Positions 1-8,367 are shown, counted from the stretch's first letter. The stretch is DNA of 61,204 bases from Candidatus Wolfebacteria bacterium (GCA_022616195.1 JAKEFG010000014.1:1-61204), one strand, 5' to 3'. Numbers and translations are program-made. The notes: generated from the sequence alone by a model not told the origin.

Positions 1-98
1 CGCATACACTCCGCACTGAAGATGTCACCACGTCAGTTTGCACAGTTGCACGCGCTTGCTACGCTATCCTAGTGAGTGTCAAACAAACGGGGTCCAGT

Positions 99-293
99 TC
101 AATATAAGAACAGGCTTATTTTCTTCACTTGCCCAATTTCCTCCAAAAGATTTCCCAGAAGAGGGACCACATCCCCTGCAATCTTAGTAGAAAATGGCTG
201 TCTTTCGCTAGTTATATAGGAAATAACGCGTGAATCGCGCTCCTTTTCGAGCTTTTTAACCAGGTCTTCCCTTGACATAGTTAAATAATACAC
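99..293 (-). pseudogene. N-terminal fragment of an SDH-family (ClpP-fold, S49-like) serine protease; the ORF stops after about 64 aa
   Basis: MSREDLVKKLEKERDSRVISYITSERQPFSTKIAGDVVPLLGNLLEEIGQVKKISLFLY resembles the N-terminus of SDH/SppA-like proteases. It terminates before the expected catalytic region, and I found no continuation in other frames before the window edge. Confidence 0.3.
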
Positions 294-371
294 CGGACAG
301 TGATAAATTCAATGAACAAGGGCGCTGTCCTATCCCTAGGTCAAGAAACTATGTCTGCCTTCCATCCGATG

Positions 372-442
372 CTGGGGGGGAAGGATTCGAACCTTCATAC
401 TCGCCTTCAAAGGGCGATGTCCTACCATTAGACGACCCCCCA
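372..442 (-). tRNA. tRNA-Gln (anticodon TTG)
   Basis: Manual cloverleaf on the minus strand: acceptor TGGGGGG/CCCCCCA, anticodon stem TCGCC/GGCGA with loop CTTTGAA, T arm GAAGG-TTCGAAT-CCTTC. Length 71 nt. No CCA is encoded. Confidence 0.85.
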
Positions 443-494
443 GCATCGGACACAAGACGCTTTTGCTTACTTCTCAACCCTATCCCCTCAATCC

Positions 495-1571
495 TCACTC
501 CTGTCCGAAAAGCGTACCCGATTCTTCGCCACCGGACAACCGCATCACCGCAAGCTCAAGCGGGAGCTGGGGAATATACGCGCGCCCGATGGCGCCATAC
601 GCTTCAAGAAACGCGGAGAGTGTGTCCGAGCGAATTTTTGACCCCGCATCTCCGGCAATACTTTCAAGGAAAACAAAATCCTCGTCCCCGAATTCCTCTT
701 TGAGCTCGTCCTTCATATCACTCGCAAACCGCAACAGGAGCACCGCGCGAATTTTCTCAAGCAACAACTTGGCAAAGATTGTAATATTAACCTCCGCCTC
801 AGCCGCTCCCCGAATGGCAGAGAGTCCCTTCGCGGCGTCACCCTCATGGAGCGCCGCCACAAGCGCATTCACCAATGTCCCTTTGGGCGCGCCCGTGACC
901 GTCTCCACTTCACCAACGCTCACTTTTTTGTCTTTGGACGAGCTGATGACTTTCTGGAGAATTCCCTGCGCATCGCGGAACGACCCCTCGGCGAGAAGCG
1001 CGATGAGTTCACCGGAGGCCTGCTCGAGCGTGAACCCTTCCCGTTTAGCAACATCAAGGATATGGCTCTTGAGCACCGAGCGTGAGGGTTTTCTGAACTG
1101 ATGCACCTCACAGCGAGAGATAACCGTGTCCGGCAGTTTGTGCATCTCTGTCGTCGCCAGAACAAACACCGCATGCGGCGGCGGCTCTTCAAGTGTTTTT
1201 AGAAGTGCATTGAACGCCTCCTTGGTGAGCATGTGTACCTCGTCCACGATGTAGACCTTGTACTTTGAGTCAAACGGGACGGTGTTGACCGCCTCGCGGA
1301 GCTCCCGAACATCGTCAATGCCGCGGTTAGATGCCGCGTCAATTTCGTAAAGGTCCTTTTCGCTTGTGCCGATCTCGCGTGCAAGGATACGTGCCACCGA
1401 GGTCTTCCCGGTGCCGCGCGTGCCGGCAAAGAGATACGCATGCGCGATATTCCCTTCCTTGACTGCGCCTTCAAGCACCTTGACCACCTGCTCTTGCCCC
1501 AACACCTCTTTAAATGTCTTGGGGCGGTACCTGCGATAGAGTGCTATTGGTGCCTCGTTCTTTGACATCAC
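495..1571 (-). CDS. dnaX: DNA polymerase III subunit gamma/tau (short form)
   Basis: 358-aa ORF with YRPKTFKEVLGQEQVV, Walker A GTRGTGKTS, and the DEVHML and SRC motifs typical of clamp-loader gamma/tau. Confidence 0.9.
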   Translation of the reverse strand: MMSKNEAPIALYRRYRPKTFKEVLGQEQVVKVLEGAVKEGNIAHAYLFAGTRGTGKTSVARILAREIGTSEKDLYEIDAASNRGIDDVRELREAVNTVPFDSKYKVYIVDEVHMLTKEAFNALLKTLEEPPPHAVFVLATTEMHKLPDTVISRCEVHQFRKPSRSVLKSHILDVAKREGFTLEQASGELIALLAEGSFRDAQGILQKVISSSKDKKVSVGEVETVTGAPKGTLVNALVAALHEGDAAKGLSAIRGAAEAEVNITIFAKLLLEKIRAVLLLRFASDMKDELKEEFGDEDFVFLESIAGDAGSKIRSDTLSAFLEAYGAIGRAYIPQLPLELAVMRLSGGEESGTLFGQE

Positions 1572-1623
1572 GGCTGATTATAGCAGAAAGTTGTCGTGCG
1601 ACACACGACAACACCAGACAGGC

Positions 1624-2616
1624 CTACTCTCCCTTTTTTGCTAACTCCGCGATAGCTTTCTGTGCCTGACCGATACTATCAGCACCCATAAGCCGCAGAA
1701 GAAACGCTTTGTTGTACCCGTCGCCCTTGAGGTAGCTCTTGAAATGTTTCTTCATCAGGTGAAATGACTTATGGGGCAGTAACTCCTGAAAGAGTGTCAG
1801 GTGTTCACCGAGAACCCGTAAACGCTCGGCAAGCGGCGGACGCTCCTCCACTACACCTACACTGCGGCTATTCTCTAATTCGCGCGAATTAGAGAATAGC
1901 CATGGGTTTCCAAAAATTGCGCGTCCGAGCATAATGCCGTCAGCACCGGTCTCCTCTGCCCGCCGCCGCGCGTCAGCCATATCTTCTATATCACCGTTGC
2001 CAATGATAACTGTTGCGCTTCCGAGAGTGTCACGCATCTGTACTGCGCGAGCTATTTCCTCCCAGTGCGCCGGCACCTTGGACATTTCTTTCTTCGTCCG
2101 GGCATGGAGTGCCACCGCCGCCGGCTCCGTTTCCAAAAGCGTCGGTAACCACGTATCAAGTTCATTCTCGTCGTAGCCGATGCGCGTCTTGATTGATACC
2201 GGAAGCCGTGTCGCCTCTTTTGTTGCGCGGATGATTTCCTGCGCAAGCTTCGGTGCCCGTATCATCGCCGCGCCCGCCCCCTGCTTGCAGACGCTCCGGT
2301 CAGGACACCCCATATTGATGTCCACGCCGTCAAACCCAAGCTTCTCCGCAAGCGCTGCCGCGCGCACCATAAGCTCCGGCTCACGACTAAAAAACTGCGC
2401 GACAATAGGACGCTCCGATTCGTCGTACTGCAGGTCTTTGACAAGTACGTCATAGCCACCCTTAAAGAGACCGTCGGCAGAAATAAACTCGGTCCACATG
2501 ACATCCGGCTTGCCATACCTCGCAATGATGCGGCGGAACGCAGCATCGGTCACGTCCGCCATGGGCGCAAGGCAGAAAAACGGCTTCGATAATGTGTCCC
2601 AAAATCCTCGGTTCAT
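1624..2616 (-). CDS. dus: tRNA-dihydrouridine synthase, carrying a 12-codon palindromic insertion
   Basis: 330-aa ORF with CLAPMADVTD, DINMGCP and GRAIFGNPWLF motifs of the Dus TIM barrel. The insertion is at 1866-1901. Confidence 0.9.
   Translation of the reverse strand: MNRGFWDTLSKPFFCLAPMADVTDAAFRRIIARYGKPDVMWTEFISADGLFKGGYDVLVKDLQYDESERPIVAQFFSREPELMVRAAALAEKLGFDGVDINMGCPDRSVCKQGAGAAMIRAPKLAQEIIRATKEATRLPVSIKTRIGYDENELDTWLPTLLETEPAAVALHARTKKEMSKVPAHWEEIARAVQMRDTLGSATVIIGNGDIEDMADARRRAEETGADGIMLGRAIFGNPWLFSNSRELENSRSVGVVEERPPLAERLRVLGEHLTLFQELLPHKSFHLMKKHFKSYLKGDGYNKAFLLRLMGADSIGQAQKAIAELAKKGE
1866..1901. repeat. Palindromic element, variant 2 (GGCTATTCTCTAATTCGCGCGAATTAGAGAATAGCC), inside dus
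   Basis: Perfect 36-nt palindrome. The 32-nt core is shared with the copies at 12837-12868 and 13185-13220. Confidence 0.9.
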
Positions 2617-2629
2617 ACACCTTGCTACG

Positions 2630-2661
2630 ACATTCCAACATTCTATAGAATGTTGGAATGT
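2630..2661. repeat. 32-nt perfect palindrome ACATTCCAACATTCTATAGAATGTTGGAATGT, a diverged member of the palindromic element family
   Basis: Perfect palindrome in the 55-nt spacer between the ftsQ-like stop and the dus start. It has the same length as the family core and shares an ATTC..A.ATTCT arm pattern with it. Confidence 0.7.
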
Positions 2662-2671
2662 GTTATTTGTG

Positions 2672-3523
2672 TCATTCGTTTTCTATTTGCGTATTAGTGT
2701 CGCGTTCCAATTTATAAAACACTTTGTTCCCGTAGCGCAAATCAATGTAGTCAACTTCAATGAGTCGCCCGTCTTCAAGACGCGTCTTGAGTTCGTTTGC
2801 CCCAAGCACTATTCTTAAATTCTCAAGAATTTGAGAATAGCCGTCGGCGGGGTCAAAGATAATCTCCGCGCCCCCTCTAAGTAACAGCCGGTACTCACGG
2901 TCACCGACAATCGTGAGTTCTACAGGCCCAATGCCAAGCCCCCGTGCCGAAACAACAAAACCGTTCAGTGAACGAAATGCGTCCGGTGCGAGCACTCTGT
3001 CCCCAATCGCACGTGCCGCCTCCGTGACACGGTACACAAACAACGACGCCGATACGTCACTCGCCACTAACGCCGGCGCAAAGATAAACCCGTCTGCATC
3101 AAGTAAAAAACATCGGGTGTCAGAGGCGCAGTATTTGGCAACCTCCTTGCGCTCGGCAACCGTAACCGAAATGGTCGTCAGGTTCTCTACATCAACATCA
3201 ACGTCCTTCACCCGCGGAAACCGCTTGACAATCTCGCGTTCAATGGAAAACCGCGGATACAAGAGAATGTTTCCGCGAGAAAAGAGGTAGAGATAGTGCC
3301 CCCGCACCTTCTCCCGCACCACATCAAGTAGCTGTGGCGACGGTGTGGCGCTGTTTCCGCGCACATTCACTGTGCGGATTGCCGTCGCCTCAACCATGGA
3401 GAGTTGGGAAAGAAGCAGAATGACCGAACCGATGATGGCGAGAAGATATGCCATCCCTTCAATCACAATCTGCCGACGCCGCTGCCGCAGCGTTTGTGTT
3501 CTGATGCGCCGCCTAAGCCGCAT
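2672..3523 (-). CDS. ftsQ: FtsQ-like cell-division protein (N-terminal TM segment plus POTRA domain), carrying a palindromic insertion
   Basis: 283-aa ORF with a basic N-terminus and a TM helix, followed by IRTVNVRGNS...VDVENLTTISVTVAERKEVA, which is typical of POTRA/FtsQ. The element lies at 2809-2840. Confidence 0.7.
   Translation of the reverse strand: MRLRRRIRTQTLRQRRRQIVIEGMAYLLAIIGSVILLLSQLSMVEATAIRTVNVRGNSATPSPQLLDVVREKVRGHYLYLFSRGNILLYPRFSIEREIVKRFPRVKDVDVDVENLTTISVTVAERKEVAKYCASDTRCFLLDADGFIFAPALVASDVSASLFVYRVTEAARAIGDRVLAPDAFRSLNGFVVSARGLGIGPVELTIVGDREYRLLLRGGAEIIFDPADGYSQILENLRIVLGANELKTRLEDGRLIEVDYIDLRYGNKVFYKLERDTNTQIENE
2809..2840. repeat. Palindromic element, variant 1 (CTATTCTTAAATTCTCAAGAATTTGAGAATAG), inside the ftsQ-like gene
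   Basis: 32-nt near-palindrome with one arm mismatch. It is read as YSQILENLRI on the coding (minus) strand. Confidence 0.9.
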
Positions 3524-3527
3524 AGTG

Positions 3528-4772
3528 CTAGGTTATTCTCTGAATAACATCTTTCCCGATGTATGAACGGAGCACTTCGGGGACCACAATGGAGCCATCC
3601 GCCTGCTGGTAATTCTCGACAATTGAGACCAGTATTCTCGGTGTGGAGAGAGCAGTGTTGTTCAGAGAGTGCGCGTAGCGGAGTTTCCCGTTTTCATCCC
3701 GATATCTTATGCCAAGACGTCGAGTTTGAAAATCGTGGAAGTAGGATGAGGAGTGAGTTTCCCGATACTTGTTCTCCGATGGCACCCAGGTCTCAATATC
3801 GTATTTTTTCACCTGCCCAAGTCCGAGATCGCCGGTTGCGTTAATGACGACCTGGTACGGCAACTCAAGAGCCTGTACCAACTCCTCGGCATTTGTAGTG
3901 AGTTCCTCGTGATACTTCACCGACTCATCATGTTTTGCCTCACACAAAACGACCTGTTCAAATTTAAAAATCTCATGCACTCTAAAAATACCCGTGGTGT
4001 CTTTCCCATGACTCCCCGCCTCTCGTCGATACGACGGTGAAAATGACAGAAATTTTATTGGCAATCTGCCTTTCTCAATCACCTCGTCCATGTAGTACGC
4101 CATAGTCGGCACTTCCGCTGTCCCCTGCAAATACAAATCATCTTGTGTTTTGTAAAGGTCTTCTTCTCCCTGCGGTAAATATCCGGTACCGACAAAAGGC
4201 GCCCTTTTCAAAAGTGCTGGAGTGATTATCGGGATGAAATCACCCTTCTGCATCATATGATGAAAGACAAAGTGCCAGATGGCATACGTCAAAGTCGCCG
4301 CATCATTTTTCAGAAAGTATCCGCGAAAACCGGATACTTTCGCGCCACGCTCAAGATCCAGCATGTCTAGATTCTGCATGAGCTCAATGTGGTTTTTGAT
4401 ATCAAATGAAAACCTCGGCTTCTCACCCCATGTTCGAAGCACTGTATTTGCGCTCTCGTCGGGACCAACCGGCGTGTCTGGTGACGGCACGTTGGGAACC
4501 TTTATCATGAGAGTGACAAACTCCTTCTCCATCCGTTTGTACATTTCTTCGAGCGTCTTGAGTTCGTCTTTAATACGCCTTCCCTCTTCGACATCGCGCT
4601 CCGCCGCTGCCTTGTTGCGTTCCTGGTTGAGACCATCTATTTCCGTGCGGAGTGATTTCCGTTTCTCGTAGAGCTCCAGAACTTTGTTCAAATCAACCGG
4701 CTCGCCTTTCTTGTCGGCAATTGCCTTCTCAACGAGAACCCGATTCTCTTGTATGAATTTGATGTCAAGCAT
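3528..4772 (-). CDS. serS: Seryl-tRNA synthetase
   Basis: 414-aa ORF with an N-terminal coiled-coil arm (MLDIKFIQEN...) and class II core motifs (FRVHEF, GLGQ, NNTALSTPRILV). Confidence 0.95.
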   Translation of the reverse strand: MLDIKFIQENRVLVEKAIADKKGEPVDLNKVLELYEKRKSLRTEIDGLNQERNKAAAERDVEEGRRIKDELKTLEEMYKRMEKEFVTLMIKVPNVPSPDTPVGPDESANTVLRTWGEKPRFSFDIKNHIELMQNLDMLDLERGAKVSGFRGYFLKNDAATLTYAIWHFVFHHMMQKGDFIPIITPALLKRAPFVGTGYLPQGEEDLYKTQDDLYLQGTAEVPTMAYYMDEVIEKGRLPIKFLSFSPSYRREAGSHGKDTTGIFRVHEIFKFEQVVLCEAKHDESVKYHEELTTNAEELVQALELPYQVVINATGDLGLGQVKKYDIETWVPSENKYRETHSSSYFHDFQTRRLGIRYRDENGKLRYAHSLNNTALSTPRILVSIVENYQQADGSIVVPEVLRSYIGKDVIQRIT

Positions 4773-4779
4773 AACAAAG

Positions 4780-4807
4780 AGTAGATAGTATGTAGTATAT
4801 AGTATGG
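4780..4807. repeat. Heptanucleotide array (AGTANNN x4) in the serS/dprA divergent spacer
   Basis: The sequence is AGTAGAT AGTATGT AGTATAT AGTATGG. AGTA starts at 4780, 4787, 4794 and 4801. TAG starts at 4786, 4793 and 4800. Confidence 0.7.
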
Positions 4808-4810
4808 GGT

Positions 4811-5686
4811 ATGGAAACTAAAGACGAGATACAACGCCTCACCCCGGACGAGTTTCCCGCACTTCTCACAGAAATCACCGACCCGCCTAAAGAACTCTAC
4901 CTGCGAGGTACCCTACCCGCTGGAGGTAACCTGAAGTATCTCTGTGTCGTCGGCTCGCGCAAATATACAGAATACGGCAGAGATGCATGTGAAAAACTTA
5001 TCGCGGGGCTTCGCGGCTACCCTGTGGTGATTGTCTCGGGACTTGCGCTTGGGATTGATTCTATCGCGCACACCGCGGCGCTCGCGGCAAGACTTATAAC
5101 TATTAGCGTGCCCGGTTCCGGTTTGGGCTGGGATACGCTCTACCCGCGAAACCATGTCGAGCTTGCCAAACGCATTCTTGAAGCGGGCGGGGCGCTCCTT
5201 TCGGAATTTCCGCCGGATTTCAAAGCAACGCCGTGGAGCTTCCCGCAAAGAAATCGCATTATGGCGGGCATGTCACAGGCGGTGCTCCTCATTGAAGCGG
5301 GGGAAAAATCAGGCACGCTCATTACCGCGCGCCTCGCCTCCGAGTACAACCGCGACGTGCTCGTGGTACCCGGCTCTATCTTCGCGCCATCGCATAGGGG
5401 CTCGCACCAATTCCTCCGGCTCGGCGCGACACCCATAACATCGAGCGTGGATATTCTGGACGCGCTTGATGTGAACCAACAACCAACGACTGACAACCAC
5501 CAACGATTACTTAAAAACCTTTCACCTCAAGAACAAAAGGTTATGGAATTTCTGCGGGAACCCTTGCCGCGGGATGAACTTATCCAGGCGCTCGGTATGC
5601 CCACTAGCGAAGCAAATATTCTGCTCTCTGCCCTAGAGCTCAAGGGGGTCATCACTGAAAGACTTGGTGAGGTGAGAATCACGTAG
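4811..5686 (+). CDS. dprA: DNA-processing protein DprA/Smf
   Basis: 291-aa ORF with VVGSRKYTEYG, SGLALGIDSIAH, and the FPQRNRIMAG and GSIF motifs of the DprA Rossmann domain, plus a C-terminal winged-helix-like tail. Confidence 0.9.
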   Translation: METKDEIQRLTPDEFPALLTEITDPPKELYLRGTLPAGGNLKYLCVVGSRKYTEYGRDACEKLIAGLRGYPVVIVSGLALGIDSIAHTAALAARLITISVPGSGLGWDTLYPRNHVELAKRILEAGGALLSEFPPDFKATPWSFPQRNRIMAGMSQAVLLIEAGEKSGTLITARLASEYNRDVLVVPGSIFAPSHRGSHQFLRLGATPITSSVDILDALDVNQQPTTDNHQRLLKNLSPQEQKVMEFLREPLPRDELIQALGMPTSEANILLSALELKGVITERLGEVRIT

Positions 5687-5718
5687 CTGTTTGCAAAAAA
5701 ATTCTATGTATAGTAGTA

Positions 5719-7953
5719 ATGGGAGCCATGTCCAAGCTTGTCATTGTAGAATCTCCGGCGAAAGCCAAGACAATAGAAAAATATCTCGGCGACGGGTACA
5801 CCGTGAAAGCGTCGGTGGGGCATGTCCGTGACCTTCCCAAAAGCAACCGGAACGCCATTGATATAGAAGGCGGCTTCATCCCCCACTACCAAATCGTTGA
5901 AAAGAAAGAAAAAGTCATTACAGAGCTCCGGTACGAAGCGGAAGACGCCGATGAGGTGATTCTTGCTACCGACCCCGACCGTGAGGGCGAAGCCATCGCA
6001 TGGCACGTTGCCGAGCTTCTCGGTATCAAAAAGCCAAAGCGCATCGTATTCTACGAAATCACCCGGGACGCCGTTCGTGAAGCGCTCGCCCACCCGCGCG
6101 GCATTGATGAGCATTTGCGCCGCGCCCAAGAGGCGCGGCGCGTCCTGGACCGGCTCGTGGGCTACGACCTCTCCGGACTCATTTGGAAGAAAGTTCGCTA
6201 CGGGCTCTCTGCGGGGCGCGTGCAGTCGCCCGCGCTCCGCATCCTGATGGAACGCGAACGCGAGATACGGGCATTCACACCCGAAACATATTGGACAATC
6301 ACGGCACAAACCAAAACACCCAAAAAATCGGCGCTCAAACTCACTTGCACCGAGGAACCGCGCGACAAAAAACGCGTAGACGAAATACTTGCCGCAGGCG
6401 CCAAGGGACCGTGGGCGGTTGTCGACGTCAAAGAAAGTGAGATGGAACGCAAGGCGCGCGCGCCATTCACCACCTCCACACTCCAGCAAACCGCAAGCTC
6501 GCGACTTGGTTTTACACCCTCGCGCACCATGCGCGTCGCCCAGCGCCTCTACGAGGCGGGGCTCATTACCTACATGCGAACCGACAGCACGAACCTCGGT
6601 AAGCCCGCGCAGACGCAGATTCTCCGCACCGTGGAAAACACCTACGGGAAGGAGTACGCCAAAGCACAGACCTACGCAAGTAAAAGTAAGAATGCGCAAG
6701 AGGCGCACGAAGCGGTGCGTCCAACCGATATGGGTAAAACATCGGCCGGTGCAAGCGAGGAGCAGAAAAAACTCTACCGGCTCATCTGGGAGCGTGCCGC
6801 CGCAAGTCAAATGGCACCGGCGCGGCTCCTCAAAACTAAAATCACCGCACGCGCCGGGACGGATGAAAAGGTTCCGCCGTTTATCGCGAACGGCTCGCGC
6901 GTCCTCTTCTCCGGTTGGCTTGCCGCCGACACAGGCGCGCGCGGCGAGGACGTAGAGCTTCCCAAGGTCACGACGGGCAACGCGCTCACCCTCGTCAAAC
7001 TTGATACGTTTGAAAAAGAGACCCAGCCGCCCCAGCGCTATTCGGAGGCGGGGCTGGTAAAAGAGCTCGAGCGGCGCGGCATCGGACGGCCATCAACCTA
7101 CGCTTCCATCATCAAGACACTTCTCGACCGCGGTTATGTGGAGAAAGAGGGGCGGGCGCTCAAACCGACCGCCACGGGCGACGTGGTAAGCACGTTCCTG
7201 GAGGAAAATTTTATGAAGTACATCAGTGACTCGTTCACCTCCGAAATGGAGGACGAGCTTGATGAGATAGCGCGCGGCGAGCGAGAGTACGAGAAAACCT
7301 TGCGAGACTTCTACACACCATTCTCAAAAGACGTGAAGGTAAAGGCAAAAGACGCGCGGAAAATCACCAACCTCGGCGCGGCGCCCAAAGAGTTTCCCTG
7401 CCCAAAGTGCGGCAAGCCGATGGTCATCAAGCTTTCGCGAAACGGTACATTTATGAGCTGTAGCGACTTTCCACAGTGCCACGGCGCACGCACAATAGAG
7501 GGCGAAGAGCTTGCGGGGGACGAACCCATCGGCACACATCCCGAAACGAGCGAGGATATTTTTGTACTGAACGGCCCCTACGGCCCGTATGTCCAGCTTG
7601 GAGAAAAAACAGCGGAGAACAAGAAGCCGCGCCGCGCGAGCATTCCGCCCGATAAAGATCCCAAGACGGTTACTGTGAAAGACGCGATGCGGTACCTTTC
7701 ACTTCCCCGCGAGCTTGGCAAACATCCCGAGAGCGGCAAAATGGTTACCGCAACCGTCGGGCGCTTTGGACCCTACATCGCACATGACGGCGACTTCCGT
7801 TCGCTCAAACCTCCAAAGAATTCCGGGGAGGAAGATAAGGACGACGTGTACACCATAACGCTTGAGCGCGCCCTTGCAATTTTGAAAGAACCCAAAAAAC
7901 CGCGGCGCGGTGGGTTCAAAAAAGGCTCCAGACCTAAGAAAAAGAACTCTTGA
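5719..7953 (+). CDS. topA: DNA topoisomerase I (type IA) with C-terminal zinc ribbons and a Lys-rich tail
   Basis: 744-aa ORF with Toprim LVIVESPAKAKTIEKYLG, DPDREGEAIAWH, active-site region YMRTDS, and a CPKCGKPM...C..C zinc ribbon. Confidence 0.95.
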   Translation: MGAMSKLVIVESPAKAKTIEKYLGDGYTVKASVGHVRDLPKSNRNAIDIEGGFIPHYQIVEKKEKVITELRYEAEDADEVILATDPDREGEAIAWHVAELLGIKKPKRIVFYEITRDAVREALAHPRGIDEHLRRAQEARRVLDRLVGYDLSGLIWKKVRYGLSAGRVQSPALRILMEREREIRAFTPETYWTITAQTKTPKKSALKLTCTEEPRDKKRVDEILAAGAKGPWAVVDVKESEMERKARAPFTTSTLQQTASSRLGFTPSRTMRVAQRLYEAGLITYMRTDSTNLGKPAQTQILRTVENTYGKEYAKAQTYASKSKNAQEAHEAVRPTDMGKTSAGASEEQKKLYRLIWERAAASQMAPARLLKTKITARAGTDEKVPPFIANGSRVLFSGWLAADTGARGEDVELPKVTTGNALTLVKLDTFEKETQPPQRYSEAGLVKELERRGIGRPSTYASIIKTLLDRGYVEKEGRALKPTATGDVVSTFLEENFMKYISDSFTSEMEDELDEIARGEREYEKTLRDFYTPFSKDVKVKAKDARKITNLGAAPKEFPCPKCGKPMVIKLSRNGTFMSCSDFPQCHGARTIEGEELAGDEPIGTHPETSEDIFVLNGPYGPYVQLGEKTAENKKPRRASIPPDKDPKTVTVKDAMRYLSLPRELGKHPESGKMVTATVGRFGPYIAHDGDFRSLKPPKNSGEEDKDDVYTITLERALAILKEPKKPRRGGFKKGSRPKKKNS

Positions 7954-8288
7954 AAACTTTACGCTCCGGGAGTAGAGCAAGAAGCGAATTGGCACACCAG
8001 AGAGGAGGTGTTCGTGCAGAGACCAGCACGAGCCCGCGCGGGGCACTCGTACAAAACGAGCGCGGAGAGTTCCTGACCGCGAGCACGCTCGTGTGGAGGT
8101 TGCCCAAGGGTAACCTTCGCGAACTTCTCCGGACCGAATCTGTCGTCGAGCGGGAGAGTGCTCTTGAGTTTCTCCACGATCCAAGAATCGCGGAGGAGCT
8201 CGGGGGTATGCCCGCTGTTACCAACGGACTCCGGTGGCGAGTGTGGCGGGTCAGTGTTGCCCCTCGCCCGAGCGGTTGGAAGAAGTAA

Positions 8289-8335
8289 GCCCGCGCCGTC
8301 GCACGATGTGCGAGGCGCGGGCGCTTTGCATTTTG
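8289..8335 (+). terminator. Rho-independent-like terminator upstream of rel
   Basis: Stem GCCCGCGCC(8289-8297)/GGCGCGGGC(8314-8322) with an inner TCGCAC/GTGCGA stem, followed by GCTTTGCATTTT. Confidence 0.5.
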
Positions 8336-8367
8336 AACACAGGCAGAAACTCGCGTACAATCACACC

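Noticed and set aside
5704-6810. 368-aa minus-strand ORF antisense to topA. Similar long antisense ORFs occur at 9728..10822(+) opposite parB, 50729..52165(+) opposite the helicase, 33489..34307(+) opposite secA, 17092..17718(+) opposite groEL and 27848..28582(+) opposite rpe.
   Set aside because: Each lies entirely inside a confidently identified conserved gene on the other strand. Their peptides are low-complexity and Arg/Cys/His-rich, and I recognise no motifs in them. This is the typical shadow-ORF behaviour of moderately GC-rich DNA.
7954-8367. Tested as RNase P RNA, tmRNA or SRP RNA on both strands.
   Set aside because: On the minus strand, AGUCCG and ACGACAGAUUCGGUC resemble the two P4 strands. 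However, they lie only about 110 nt apart, there is no GGAAAGUCC, no P1 pairing and no specificity-domain motifs. There is also no tRNA-like T-arm or CCA end for tmRNA, and no GGAA-tetraloop helix 8 for SRP. I kept it as an unexplained region and did not call it as an RNA.
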